Below are positions 37,295 through 47,033 of a DNA stretch of 64,000 nucleotides, piece by piece (position 1 is the first letter of the stretch; every line of letters starts with the position of its first letter). The notes below the pieces were generated by a model that saw nothing but the letters and a program-made list of their open reading frames with translations, was not told the DNA's origin and did not search any database. The DNA comes from Candidatus Latescibacterota bacterium (GTDB lineage Bacteria > Latescibacterota > UBA2968 > SICM01), in the NCBI GenBank assembly GCA_965217865.1, contig CBDCJO010000002.1, positions 899,178 through 963,177 of the forward strand, in the 5' to 3' direction. Made by a program: the position numbers and the translations under genes.

Positions 37295-39199
37295 ATGTGT
37301 GGGATTGCAGGTGCCATAAATTGGGGAGATCGAAATACATTACTCCGAATGGCCCAGGTCCTGGCACATCGGGGCCCTGATGATGAAGGGTTATGGGAAG
37401 AGCGATCTGTCGATGGCACCTGGGTGGGGTTGGGACATCGCCGACTCAGCGTGTTGGACTTAAGTTCGGCGGGCCACCAACCGATGTCAAATGAGGATGA
37501 ACGGTTCTGGATCGTTTATAACGGGGAAATCTACAACTATCTTGACTTGAAGAAAGAATTGCTCCGGAACGGGCATCGGTTCAAATCCACCTCGGACACG
37601 GAAGTCATCCTGCATCTCTATGAGATGCACAAAGAGGGTTGTCTGGAGCATATCCGGGGGATGTTCGCAATCGGTATTTGGGATCGGAAGAAGTGCGAAC
37701 TCTTCCTGGCGAGGGATCGGTTGGGGATCAAGCCCCTGTACTACACGGAGCAGAAAGGCCGTTTGCTTTTTGCCTCCGAGCTGAAAGCGATCCTCACACA
37801 TCCGGAGATCAGTCGGGAAGTTGATTATGAGGCATTAAACGATTATTTGACATACCTTTATATTCCTCCCCCCAGGACAATCTTCAAGGGCATTCAGAAG
37901 CTTCTCCCGGGACATTATCTTGTCTGGCGAGAAGGGAAGATCGTTCAAGAGAAACGGTACTGGGAAATCCCGAAAGGGACGATCGAGGGAGACGAAGGGG
38001 AACTGGTTGAACAGCTTCGGTCGCTTTTAGAGGAATCCGTCCGACTTCGGATGACCAGTGATGTTCCCCTGGGCGCTTTCCTGAGCGGCGGGATCGATTC
38101 AAGCAGTATCGTCGGGTTGATGGCCCAAGAGGCAGCCCAACCGGTCAAGACATTCAGCATTGGTTTCAGCGAGAGGGCTAGGTTGTATAATGAGTTGGGT
38201 TATGCACGTCGTGTCGCGGAGTATTTTGGCACGGATCACCACGAAATCATTGTTGAGCCCGACGCCGCAAGTCTTCTCCCAAAGGTTGTAGAGGGATTCG
38301 ACGAGCCGTTCGGTAATCCCACTGCATTTTTAGTCCATCTCCTGTCGGGGTTTACCAGGGAACACGTAACGGTTGCATTGGCAGGAGATGGAGGAGACGA
38401 AGTATTCGGCGGTTACCCCCGGTATCAAGGAGCGGCTCTTTCGGGAATTTACAGGTTGGTTCCCAGTTGGGTTCGCAGGCTTACTTTCGAAACGGCTGCC
38501 AGGTATATTCCCGAATCATCCCGCGGAAGGCACGGATTAAGACGGTTCAGGGAATTCGCAGAAGGAAATCGACTGTCTCGGGAGGCTATGTACTCCAGCT
38601 GGGTGACATACTATTCAGAGGATATGAAGTCCTCTCTGTATTCACCAGAGGCTCAGAATAATATCGGGGGGAAGGATTCGTACGGTTTTCTGGAAGGACT
38701 ATTCGATGAAGCAAAAACACGTGACCGCCGTGAATTCTTCGATCAGATCACGGTTGTCGATTTGCTGTCATTCTTGCCCTGTAATCTTCTTGCATACACC
38801 GATCGGATGAGCATGGCCCATTCCCTGGAGGTCAGAGTCCCTTTTGTGGATCATAAGCTGGTGGAGTTTGTCACGAAGCTTCCCCATACCCTCCGGCTCA
38901 GGGGATTCCAAGGTAAGTACATTCTAAAGAGAGCTATCGGAGATCTCCTACCAAAGTCGATCTTAAAACGAAGAAAGTTGGGTTTCAATCCCCCGATGGG
39001 CGTATGGCTGAAAGAGGATCTACAAGATCTCGTCAGGGATTGCCTCTCGGAGGATGTGGTTAGAAGAAGGGGTTACTTCAGGCCGGAGGCGATAGATTCT
39101 ATGTTGGATTTATATTCTTCCGGAAAGCGGGACCTTTCGCTGCACATATGGGCACTGCTGGTACTCGAGATTTGGCATCGCACCTATATCGACAAATAA
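37295..39199 (+). CDS. asnB: asparagine synthase (glutamine-hydrolysing) family amidotransferase
   Basis: MCGIAGAI places the Ntn nucleophile Cys at residue 2, which is why I chose the start at 37295. Also SGGIDSS (PP-loop) and AGDGGDEVFGGY. Confidence 0.85.
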   Translation: MCGIAGAINWGDRNTLLRMAQVLAHRGPDDEGLWEERSVDGTWVGLGHRRLSVLDLSSAGHQPMSNEDERFWIVYNGEIYNYLDLKKELLRNGHRFKSTSDTEVILHLYEMHKEGCLEHIRGMFAIGIWDRKKCELFLARDRLGIKPLYYTEQKGRLLFASELKAILTHPEISREVDYEALNDYLTYLYIPPPRTIFKGIQKLLPGHYLVWREGKIVQEKRYWEIPKGTIEGDEGELVEQLRSLLEESVRLRMTSDVPLGAFLSGGIDSSSIVGLMAQEAAQPVKTFSIGFSERARLYNELGYARRVAEYFGTDHHEIIVEPDAASLLPKVVEGFDEPFGNPTAFLVHLLSGFTREHVTVALAGDGGDEVFGGYPRYQGAALSGIYRLVPSWVRRLTFETAARYIPESSRGRHGLRRFREFAEGNRLSREAMYSSWVTYYSEDMKSSLYSPEAQNNIGGKDSYGFLEGLFDEAKTRDRREFFDQITVVDLLSFLPCNLLAYTDRMSMAHSLEVRVPFVDHKLVEFVTKLPHTLRLRGFQGKYILKRAIGDLLPKSILKRRKLGFNPPMGVWLKEDLQDLVRDCLSEDVVRRRGYFRPEAIDSMLDLYSSGKRDLSLHIWALLVLEIWHRTYIDK

Positions 39200-39259
39200 T
39201 AGTAACACCGTTCCTACTATTCTTTTTAAATCAAACAACTCAATAGGGCTTTATTCAAG

Positions 39260-41287
39260 ATGCCAGCAACCCCCTCCTCTCATTCGAAAAGATGGTGGCA
39301 ATTCCTTCTCCTCTATTTTCATACGCTTCGTTACCTCCGCCCTTCTCAGGTTGTATACAAACCCGTATTCATGGCAAAATATTTTCTTTTTAACCGCCAT
39401 CCGCAGATGTGGGGAAAGATTTACTCCTGCCGCTTTGGTTCGGATCCCAGATCTCCTGATTTGAACAATATGCACTTTCTTCGAGGGCTCCGTGAGCAAA
39501 ATTCATATCCCCCTTTCCGGGATAATGCGTGGAATTTAAGGCAGGCAGAAAAACTGCTTCAGGATGAGTTTCACTTCCTGAATCGCTCTCACCGATTTAA
39601 CGGAACGATAGATTGGGAATACCGGGGGATCAACCTTCTCTGGTGCTATCAGCTTCACTATTTCAACTACGCATGGAATCTAGGTGTGGCCTATCTCGAG
39701 AATAATGACCGGAAATTTTATCAAAAATTCAAGACCATAGTCGAAAGCTGGATCGAACAAAACCGTCTGGGCAAACTCGACGGTTGGCATCCCTATACCA
39801 TATCCCTCCGCGCCGTAAACTGGATTTATGCTTACGAAATGTTCCAGTCGGAGATGATGCAAGACGATAAATTTCTGCATAAGTTTCTTCGATCGCTTTA
39901 TACGCAGCTTGATTTCCTTTTCCACAACCTTGAATACCAAGGTTATGGAAATCACCTTTTGGCCAACATAAAAGCTTTGATCTTCGGAGGTCTCTTTTTC
40001 AAAGGAATAATTCCCGAGCGATGGCTTCGGACGGGCGTAAGGCTGTTGCATCAGGAGATAGATGAGCAGATTCTGGAAGACGGAGGGCACTTTGAACGGA
40101 GTCCAATGTATCACCTTATCGTCATGAAGGACTTGATGGAATGCTTTATTGCCTTGAGAAACGAAGGTCAACCGGATTATCCCTGTCTGAAGAGGGCAAT
40201 CGGGGACATGGCCGATTTTGCCGAGGGGATCCGCCAACCGGATGGACGCCTCCCACTTTTGAACGATTCGGCATATGATCTGATGCCGAACCCCAAAGAA
40301 CTGATTGGGATGGCAAGAAATATTTGTGAAAATGAAAATATTTCAGAAGCGCAAAGTTTTTCAACCCTGCTTTTAGGCCATGTGAAAACGGGTCTGGAAC
40401 AAATACCGAAGCACGATAAATCCCGATCCGTGGCGTTGAAGGATTCAGGATATTTTGTTATGCGAGGGAATGGATCATTTTTGATCCTTGATTGTGGGCC
40501 TGTGTGCCCCGACTACCTTCCTCCCCACGGCCACGCGGATACATTGAGTTATGAATTTTGGTTAAACGGTGTCCGGATGATTACGGACAGCGGTGTTTAC
40601 GAATACACGGCAGGGGAATGGCGAGACTTCTTTAGAAGCACGCGGGCACATAATACCGTGGTTATTGATGGGGGAGATCAATCTGAAGTTTGGGGAAGTT
40701 TTCGGGTCGCCAGGCGAGCCTACCCCCGGGATTTGATCTGGATCACGACAGATGAAATGGATTATTTTTCCGGTGGACATGATGGCTATCAACGCTTGGC
40801 CGAACCCACATTTCATCACAGGCGGGTATTGGGGCTTAAGGACAAGTTCTGGGTAATCCTTGACCGGATTTCTGGCAGGGGCATTCACCGGGCAGACAGT
40901 TTCATCCACTTCCATCCCGATGTATCGGTCGATTTATCCACCCCAGGACAACTCAGCGTATCCTGTAACCAACAGAAGATGACGGTATTCGCATTTGACT
41001 ATGATAAAATCGGTTTTTTCTCAGGCCAGGTCGACCCTGTTCAAGGGTGGTACTCTCCGGAGTTCGGTCTTAAACAGTCAAGGCAGACTTTTTGTCTGAC
41101 GAGGGTATGTCCGACTCCCTTTTTTGTTGGGTATATCCTGGCCTCGGGGGAAGTCTCCCAGGCGGAGGTCTTTTATGAGTTGGAAGAAGCGGCTGAGCGG
41201 TATACCGTGAGGATAGATGATTCACGATGGTTGATTGATATAAGTATTAACGAATCCAATCTCAGGGTTAAGGAACAAGCCGCATAA
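39260..41287 (+). CDS. heparinase II/III-like / alginate-lyase-fold protein
   Basis: WHPYTISLRAVNW, GNHLLAN, HGHADTLSYEFWLNGVRMITDSGVYEYT, RSTRAHNTVVIDG. Confidence 0.7.
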   Translation: MPATPSSHSKRWWQFLLLYFHTLRYLRPSQVVYKPVFMAKYFLFNRHPQMWGKIYSCRFGSDPRSPDLNNMHFLRGLREQNSYPPFRDNAWNLRQAEKLLQDEFHFLNRSHRFNGTIDWEYRGINLLWCYQLHYFNYAWNLGVAYLENNDRKFYQKFKTIVESWIEQNRLGKLDGWHPYTISLRAVNWIYAYEMFQSEMMQDDKFLHKFLRSLYTQLDFLFHNLEYQGYGNHLLANIKALIFGGLFFKGIIPERWLRTGVRLLHQEIDEQILEDGGHFERSPMYHLIVMKDLMECFIALRNEGQPDYPCLKRAIGDMADFAEGIRQPDGRLPLLNDSAYDLMPNPKELIGMARNICENENISEAQSFSTLLLGHVKTGLEQIPKHDKSRSVALKDSGYFVMRGNGSFLILDCGPVCPDYLPPHGHADTLSYEFWLNGVRMITDSGVYEYTAGEWRDFFRSTRAHNTVVIDGGDQSEVWGSFRVARRAYPRDLIWITTDEMDYFSGGHDGYQRLAEPTFHHRRVLGLKDKFWVILDRISGRGIHRADSFIHFHPDVSVDLSTPGQLSVSCNQQKMTVFAFDYDKIGFFSGQVDPVQGWYSPEFGLKQSRQTFCLTRVCPTPFFVGYILASGEVSQAEVFYELEEAAERYTVRIDDSRWLIDISINESNLRVKEQAA

Positions 41288-41344
41288 ATATTGACATTAC
41301 AATCAGATAGGCTCCACACAACGTAACAGGCCTGGGTTGAAATC

Positions 41345-42874
41345 GTGACGCATTCATTCAAATTACCTCATTTATTGATCATTGTTGTGGGATTGTTTCT
41401 GTTGGGAATTGGTCTATTTCAGGATTTTCCCGATTTGTTGAACTGGTACTATGACGATTCATTTTTTTATTTTAAGATCGCCCAAAATGTCGCCCATCAT
41501 GGCGTTTTTTCATTTGACGGGATAAATTTGACAAATGGATTTCATCCCCTCTGGCTTCTGACCCTTGTTCCTCCAATGTACCTTCTTGAAGGTAGTTCCC
41601 CCGAGGTTATCACCCGGATTCTCTTTCTGGGTGAGTCCGGGCTTCTGATTGTTACGCTGGTTCTTCTGAACAGGATATGCCGGAAAATCTTCAATCGTGA
41701 TCGTTATGCCGGTTTTTTGTCATTGTCTTTATATCTTTTCTTGACAGGGCTTGATAGCTATGGCCAAGAGGCCCATCTTTATGGATTTTTATGTGTGCTG
41801 CTCCTTTCAATTCTGCAATCAAAAAGCGAGTACCATTATAAAGAGGTTGTCTCAATTGCCTGCCTTGTGTGTTTGTTGTTTCTGACACGGATTGACTCTT
41901 TAATATTTTTCTTCCCCGTTTTTATATTTATTTCCAATTTTAAAACAAGGTCCAAAATTGAATTTCGGCAACACGTTACTGTATATATCTTAGTCTTCGC
42001 CGTAATCCTCCTCTATTTCGGAATTAACATATGGGTATTTGGACACATAAAGACGATATCAGCACATTTAAAGACCAACTGGGATATTGGATCCAATATC
42101 AATAGTTATAAATTATGGTTTTTCTGTTATAATGAGAAAGTTCTGGCATCGTGGTTGATGGCGTTACTTGGCCTGGTATTCTATTTCAGGCGGTTGCCAG
42201 GATACATAATCATCTTGTGTGCTGGCGTGATCACGTATTACCTATTACTCGTCCTGTTCAACACAATCGCTATTGGATCCTGGTATCTTGTCGTTCCTTA
42301 TACGCTTACCTCTATTTTATTCGTAATGTTGACAAAAGATGTATATACGTATTTCAGCCGACGCATCGGTATTTTAAAAAAGGTCAATCCATGTTTGATC
42401 TTAGCTGTTTTTGTGATCGCCTTTATGATCGTGCACTTCATAATACCTCTAAGGTTAATTCCGATGAGAGGAAGATCAGATGGATATCGGATTGCTATAG
42501 ATTTGAGACGCTTTGATAAGAGAAGCACTTTATATTCAGTCAATGGCTGCGGTATTATGTCATTCTTTTCTGAGAGAAGGATTATTAATGGTGATGGATT
42601 GGTTAATAACTTCGAGTATCAAAATTATTTAAATGGGAAAAAATTGGAGGAATACTTTAACCAGCAAAGGGTTGAATATTATATCGAATATTTCTTTGAA
42701 AATAAGCAACGATATGATGGTGCATTTCACAATTTAATGGTTTCATCCAACTACGCGCCAGACATGGCGACCTTCACTACTGGCGGAAATTCGTTAGAGT
42801 TCAAACCCAACCAATTGGTGTATAATAGAAATAACGCTCTGATTTTCAAACTTGATCATGGCATCCTTCATTAA
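41345..42874 (+). CDS. polytopic membrane protein, GT-C-like (possible polymerase or periplasmic glycosyltransferase); AT-rich
   Basis: 509 aa. An acidic motif follows the first helix (NWYYDDSFFYFKIAQNVAHHG), then about 10 hydrophobic helices and a C-terminal soluble domain. GTG start. Confidence 0.4.
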   Translation: MTHSFKLPHLLIIVVGLFLLGIGLFQDFPDLLNWYYDDSFFYFKIAQNVAHHGVFSFDGINLTNGFHPLWLLTLVPPMYLLEGSSPEVITRILFLGESGLLIVTLVLLNRICRKIFNRDRYAGFLSLSLYLFLTGLDSYGQEAHLYGFLCVLLLSILQSKSEYHYKEVVSIACLVCLLFLTRIDSLIFFFPVFIFISNFKTRSKIEFRQHVTVYILVFAVILLYFGINIWVFGHIKTISAHLKTNWDIGSNINSYKLWFFCYNEKVLASWLMALLGLVFYFRRLPGYIIILCAGVITYYLLLVLFNTIAIGSWYLVVPYTLTSILFVMLTKDVYTYFSRRIGILKKVNPCLILAVFVIAFMIVHFIIPLRLIPMRGRSDGYRIAIDLRRFDKRSTLYSVNGCGIMSFFSERRIINGDGLVNNFEYQNYLNGKKLEEYFNQQRVEYYIEYFFENKQRYDGAFHNLMVSSNYAPDMATFTTGGNSLEFKPNQLVYNRNNALIFKLDHGILH

Positions 42875-42988
42875 TTATTGCCTTTCGTTTAGACCATTTG
42901 AAACAATAAAAAACTCCCCTTGGTTAATAATTCTTTGTGGTTCTGAGAATCTCCCATAGCTTTAAAAGGTTCCATTCCATACAAAAAA

Positions 42989-43873
42989 ATGGCATCTCAA
43001 AGTCTTTATCTCTTTAAGGCCATGCGGCCGCACCAGTGGACCAAAAATCTGCTTTTGTTCGCAGGGGTCCTGTTTTCCAAGCACCTGTTTGAATTCGAAA
43101 AACTTTTAGTAGCCTCCGGAGCTTTTGTCGTCTTCTGTCTGGTCGCGGGGGGTATCTATATCTTCAACGACTTGCTTGATCTCGAACAGGACCGGAGGCA
43201 TCCACTCAAACGAGGACGGCCTTTGGCTTCGGGTTTGCTTAAGCCATCGGTCGCCCTTGTTGGAAGTGGCCTCGCTCTTGCAATCGGGCTTTTGGGAGCG
43301 TTTCGCCTGAGCTTTTCCTTCGGTGGAATGGTCGGTATCTATTTAGTCCAAAATCTTCTATATACCAAGTTTCTCAAGAACATCGTGATCATCGATGTGA
43401 TGATGATCGGGTTCGGTTTTGTTCTGAGGGCTGTGTCGGGAGCGGTGGTGGTGGATGTCGAGGTTTCTTCGTGGCTGATATTGTGCACGTTTCTCCTGTC
43501 ATTGTTCCTAGGTTTTAGCAAGCGACGACAGGAACTGGTGAAACTTGGTGAAGGAGGCGAGGAACATCGCCCCATTCTTGCAGAATACAGCCCGCACTTC
43601 CTGGATGTCATGATCAGCATCGTTACCGGAGCAACGATAATGTCTTATGCGCTCTACACGATGTCGGAACAGACAATCCAGAAATTTCAAACGTCCCGCC
43701 TCATCCTGACGATCCCTTTCATCATCTACGGTATCTTTCGATACCTCTACCTGATGTATAAACAGGAGAAGGGGGATAACCCCACGAAGATTCTGCTCAC
43801 AGATTTGACGATACAGTTAGACATCTTTCTCTGGATCGTAGCGGTGGTCGGGATTATTTATTTGCGAATATAG
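42989..43873 (+). CDS. UbiA-family prenyl-phosphate phosphoribosyltransferase (decaprenyl-phosphate 5-phosphoribosyltransferase-like)
   Basis: MRPHQWTKNLLLFAGVLFS, NDLLDLEQDRRHPLKRGRPLASG, and a second Asp-poor helix bundle. This pattern is typical of the Rv3806c-like branch of the UbiA family. Confidence 0.65.
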   Translation: MASQSLYLFKAMRPHQWTKNLLLFAGVLFSKHLFEFEKLLVASGAFVVFCLVAGGIYIFNDLLDLEQDRRHPLKRGRPLASGLLKPSVALVGSGLALAIGLLGAFRLSFSFGGMVGIYLVQNLLYTKFLKNIVIIDVMMIGFGFVLRAVSGAVVVDVEVSSWLILCTFLLSLFLGFSKRRQELVKLGEGGEEHRPILAEYSPHFLDVMISIVTGATIMSYALYTMSEQTIQKFQTSRLILTIPFIIYGIFRYLYLMYKQEKGDNPTKILLTDLTIQLDIFLWIVAVVGIIYLRI

Positions 43874-43919
43874 CTAAAAGGGGCAAGGAAGCATCGCGCC
43901 GCTTCGAAAAGAGATCAGA

Positions 43920-45173
43920 GTGGATATCCTGTTCGTTTCCCAATATTTTCCACCGGAGACCGTCGCGCCGGCAATCCGGACCTATGAAATCAGCAAAAAC
44001 TGGGTGAAACACGGGCATTCGGTGATGGTGCTTACAGCGTTTCCCCATCATCCGGCGGGAACGATATTTGAGGGATATCGGGGGAGGGGATTGCTCCGCG
44101 AAAGCGTCGATGGGATTCGGGTGACCCGATCGTATGTGTATGCGACGGCGAATCAGGGGTTCACAAAAAGGACATTGAGCTATATCTCCTTTATGTGCTC
44201 AGCAATTTTGGTGAGCCCCTTTTTGAGAAGCTCCCCACAAGTCATCGTTGCGACATCGCCTCAGTTCCTCGTGGGGGTTGCGGGTTACATCATCAGCAGG
44301 TTGAGAAGAATTCCTTTTGTTTTTGAGGTTCGAGACCTCTGGCCGGAATCGATCATTGCCGTTGGGGCCTTGAGAAACCCTCTAATTATTCGTATTTTGA
44401 CGAAAATTGAGTATTTTTTATATACCCAAGCTTCCTTAATTATTGGTGTCGCGGAGTCCACCCGGAGGATTCTGGTCAGCAGGGGTGTTTCTTCCAAAAA
44501 GATTGAAATTGTTCCGAATGGTGTGGACCGGGGCCTGTTTTGCTCTAAAACGGATGGGTTGGAGGTACGTCGAAGGTATAAAATCGCGGGAAAATTTGTG
44601 GTTTCATACATCGGAACTCACGGGATGGCCCACGCCCTCCACCGGGTCCTGGAGGCGGCGGATCTTCTCCGGGAGGAGAAAAATATCCATTTCCTTTTCG
44701 TCGGAGAAGGTGCGGAAAAAGATGGATTAATCAAATACGGCAAGTCCCTTGGGTTAGAGAACTTGACGTTTACCGGAAGGCAAGCGCACCATATGATCCC
44801 GGCATTTTTGAATGCGTCGGATGTTTCTCTGGTTCATCTCAGAGATGCCCCATTGTTTTCGTGTGTCCTTCCTTCCAAGATGTTTGAGATTATGGCCGCA
44901 GGACATCCCCTCATCCTGAGCGTCCGGGGAGAGGCAAAGGAGCTTGTGGAGAAAATTAATGCCGGGCTGTGTGTTGAGCCAGAAAATCCGATACAGCTTC
45001 AGGAGGCAATTCTTCGGCTCCACCGAGATAAAGAGTTGAGGAGATGTCTGGGAGATAACGGCCATCGATATGTGATGGCAAATCATTCCCGAGAGGGTTT
45101 GGCCTTGAAATATGAGCGACTTCTCACCAGGTTAACTGAGGGATTCCCATACGGGAAAAAGATGGTTTCCTAA
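43920..45173 (+). CDS. GT4 glycosyltransferase, WcaI-like
   Basis: MDILFVSQYFPPETVAPAIRTYEISKNWVKHGHSVMVLTAFPHHP and the EX7E-like C-terminal region. GTG start. Confidence 0.75.
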   Translation: MDILFVSQYFPPETVAPAIRTYEISKNWVKHGHSVMVLTAFPHHPAGTIFEGYRGRGLLRESVDGIRVTRSYVYATANQGFTKRTLSYISFMCSAILVSPFLRSSPQVIVATSPQFLVGVAGYIISRLRRIPFVFEVRDLWPESIIAVGALRNPLIIRILTKIEYFLYTQASLIIGVAESTRRILVSRGVSSKKIEIVPNGVDRGLFCSKTDGLEVRRRYKIAGKFVVSYIGTHGMAHALHRVLEAADLLREEKNIHFLFVGEGAEKDGLIKYGKSLGLENLTFTGRQAHHMIPAFLNASDVSLVHLRDAPLFSCVLPSKMFEIMAAGHPLILSVRGEAKELVEKINAGLCVEPENPIQLQEAILRLHRDKELRRCLGDNGHRYVMANHSREGLALKYERLLTRLTEGFPYGKKMVS

Positions 45174-45201
45174 CCTGGGATTCAATGGTTGTTCCAAAGT
45201 C

Positions 45202-46245
45202 ATGATGCACCCATTTCTGTATACATTTCTAATTGCGCTGACCATCTCCCTTTTGGTCACTCCACTCATGCGGGTCTTGGCCTTAAAGGTTAAGATGGTC
45301 GACCTTCCAAACGCCCGAAAGATCCACAGCCGGCCGGTTCCATATCTTGGAGGCGTGGCCATCAGCTTGGCCTTCGTATTCAGCATCCTGATCGGACAAC
45401 GGTTGTTCCAGGGGTTTCAAACCTTTCAATCCCTGTATTCCATCTTATTGGCGTGCGGGGTCATCGTTCTCCTGGGGTTATACGATGATCACAGGGGATC
45501 ATCCGCATGGATCAAAGTTATCTTCCAGTCAACGGCTGCCATCATCGTTATCAACGCCGGGATTCAGATCGATATGATCAAGATCCCTTTTTTTCAATAC
45601 ATCCATCTGGGACTCTGGAGTTGGCCGGTCACTTGCCTCTGGATCGTTGGCCTATGCAATGCCGTCAACCTCATCGATGGGTTGGACGGACTGGCAGCTG
45701 GAGTTGCCATGATCGCGTCCTTTTCCCTTTTCGCCACCTCAATTCGGTGGGGCGAGATTGAGGTTGCTTTGCTCTGCATCGCTATGGCGGGAAGTTTGCT
45801 AGGGTTTTTGCGTTACAATTTTCATCCTGCACGTATCTTCATGGGGGACGCCGGTGCTCTCCTGCTTGGATTCCTCCTGGGGGTTCTGAGCATCATGGAA
45901 GGATCTAAAAGCACATCCGCCATCGCCGTTCTCATCCCCATTACTGCCCTTGGGATACCCATCCTGGACACCGGAGTAGCCATACTCCGCCGCCTCCGAA
46001 AGGGGGATCCCCTTTTCGTGGCAGACCAGGAGCACCTCCATCATCATCTGCTCCATATCGGGCTATCCCATCGTCAAGCCGTCATTCTAATATACCTGGC
46101 GTCCATTTACCTCGGCATCCTTTCCTTTGCGATGACATTCCTCCTTCCCGACCTGCGTGCGGTTATCTTCGTCGTCATGGTCGTGAGCGGGACGCTGGTT
46201 GTAAGGCGGTGGGTAAAATTGTATCAAGCTTCGTTGAACAGGTGA
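45202..46245 (+). CDS. WecA/WbpL/MraY-family polyprenyl-phosphate HexNAc-1-phosphate transferase (initiating enzyme)
   Basis: VDLPNARKIHSRPVPYLGGVAI, YDDHRG, NAVNLIDGLDGLAAG, NFHPARIFMGDAG. Confidence 0.85.
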   Translation: MMHPFLYTFLIALTISLLVTPLMRVLALKVKMVDLPNARKIHSRPVPYLGGVAISLAFVFSILIGQRLFQGFQTFQSLYSILLACGVIVLLGLYDDHRGSSAWIKVIFQSTAAIIVINAGIQIDMIKIPFFQYIHLGLWSWPVTCLWIVGLCNAVNLIDGLDGLAAGVAMIASFSLFATSIRWGEIEVALLCIAMAGSLLGFLRYNFHPARIFMGDAGALLLGFLLGVLSIMEGSKSTSAIAVLIPITALGIPILDTGVAILRRLRKGDPLFVADQEHLHHHLLHIGLSHRQAVILIYLASIYLGILSFAMTFLLPDLRAVIFVVMVVSGTLVVRRWVKLYQASLNR

Positions 46246-46648
46246 GTTTGACAAAAGCCGGCAAAAAACAACCAATCATTTTCCCCAAATGATGGGTCGG
46301 GCAAGTCAAGACCATTCCTCCCCAACTCCCCCTTTTCTCGCCGGACAGGAAATATTTTCACAGTCCGGGATCTTTTCTCAAACGATTCAACTGCAACCGG
46401 GGTCACTCGGCCTACCATTTTCCAGTCTGAAACAAACCCAAATTCACGCGTTTGCCGCAGCAAAAGGCAGATTCAGCAATGAGCTTGTGTTATCGAGCTC
46501 CACCAATCCTAAAAAGTGCTTAACCTCTGGTTTCATATGGCACATGCATTGCTTTTTCATACGATGTCGGATTTGTTCTGAATGAATAAGGGATTTCCCC
46601 CTGGGTCTGACTCCTAAGTGTGGTATCAAGCGAAGAAAGGAAAGGAAT

Positions 46649-46867
46649 ATGGATCTCAATTGGGTCTTTTATGCTGTCGTCCTATTTGTGGTCGGGGGGA
46701 GTTATTTTTTTAACGCAATCGCAAGCCGGATTCAGATCGGGCGATCCAAGACCGAACATATTGCTGTTGCACCTCTCCAAAACAAATCACCTTCAAAAGA
46801 AATCCCCTTGGTCGACCCATTTCCCCATCTCTCCTCGCCTAAACCGCTTTCCTCGGTTCAGTCTTAA
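46649..46867 (+). CDS. hypothetical small protein with an N-terminal transmembrane helix
   Basis: 72 aa. GGAAAGGAA lies upstream of the ATG, and there is one TM helix (WVFYAVVLFVVGGSYFF). No homologue recognised. It lies in an otherwise ORF-poor 780-nt gap. Confidence 0.25.
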   Translation: MDLNWVFYAVVLFVVGGSYFFNAIASRIQIGRSKTEHIAVAPLQNKSPSKEIPLVDPFPHLSSPKPLSSVQS

Positions 46868-47033
46868 ATCTTCCAGTGATATTGCGTGAAAATTGTGAGT
46901 TTCCGCGTGCCAAGGAGCTGGCCTCGCTGTATATTTGTGGATGTATGGTGATGTAATTGCTGGCATCTTCGCCGCCACCTTCCTAAAACGCTTTCTAATT
47001 CGAGTTCCAGACAAGATTTTCTGAAAGATCTCA

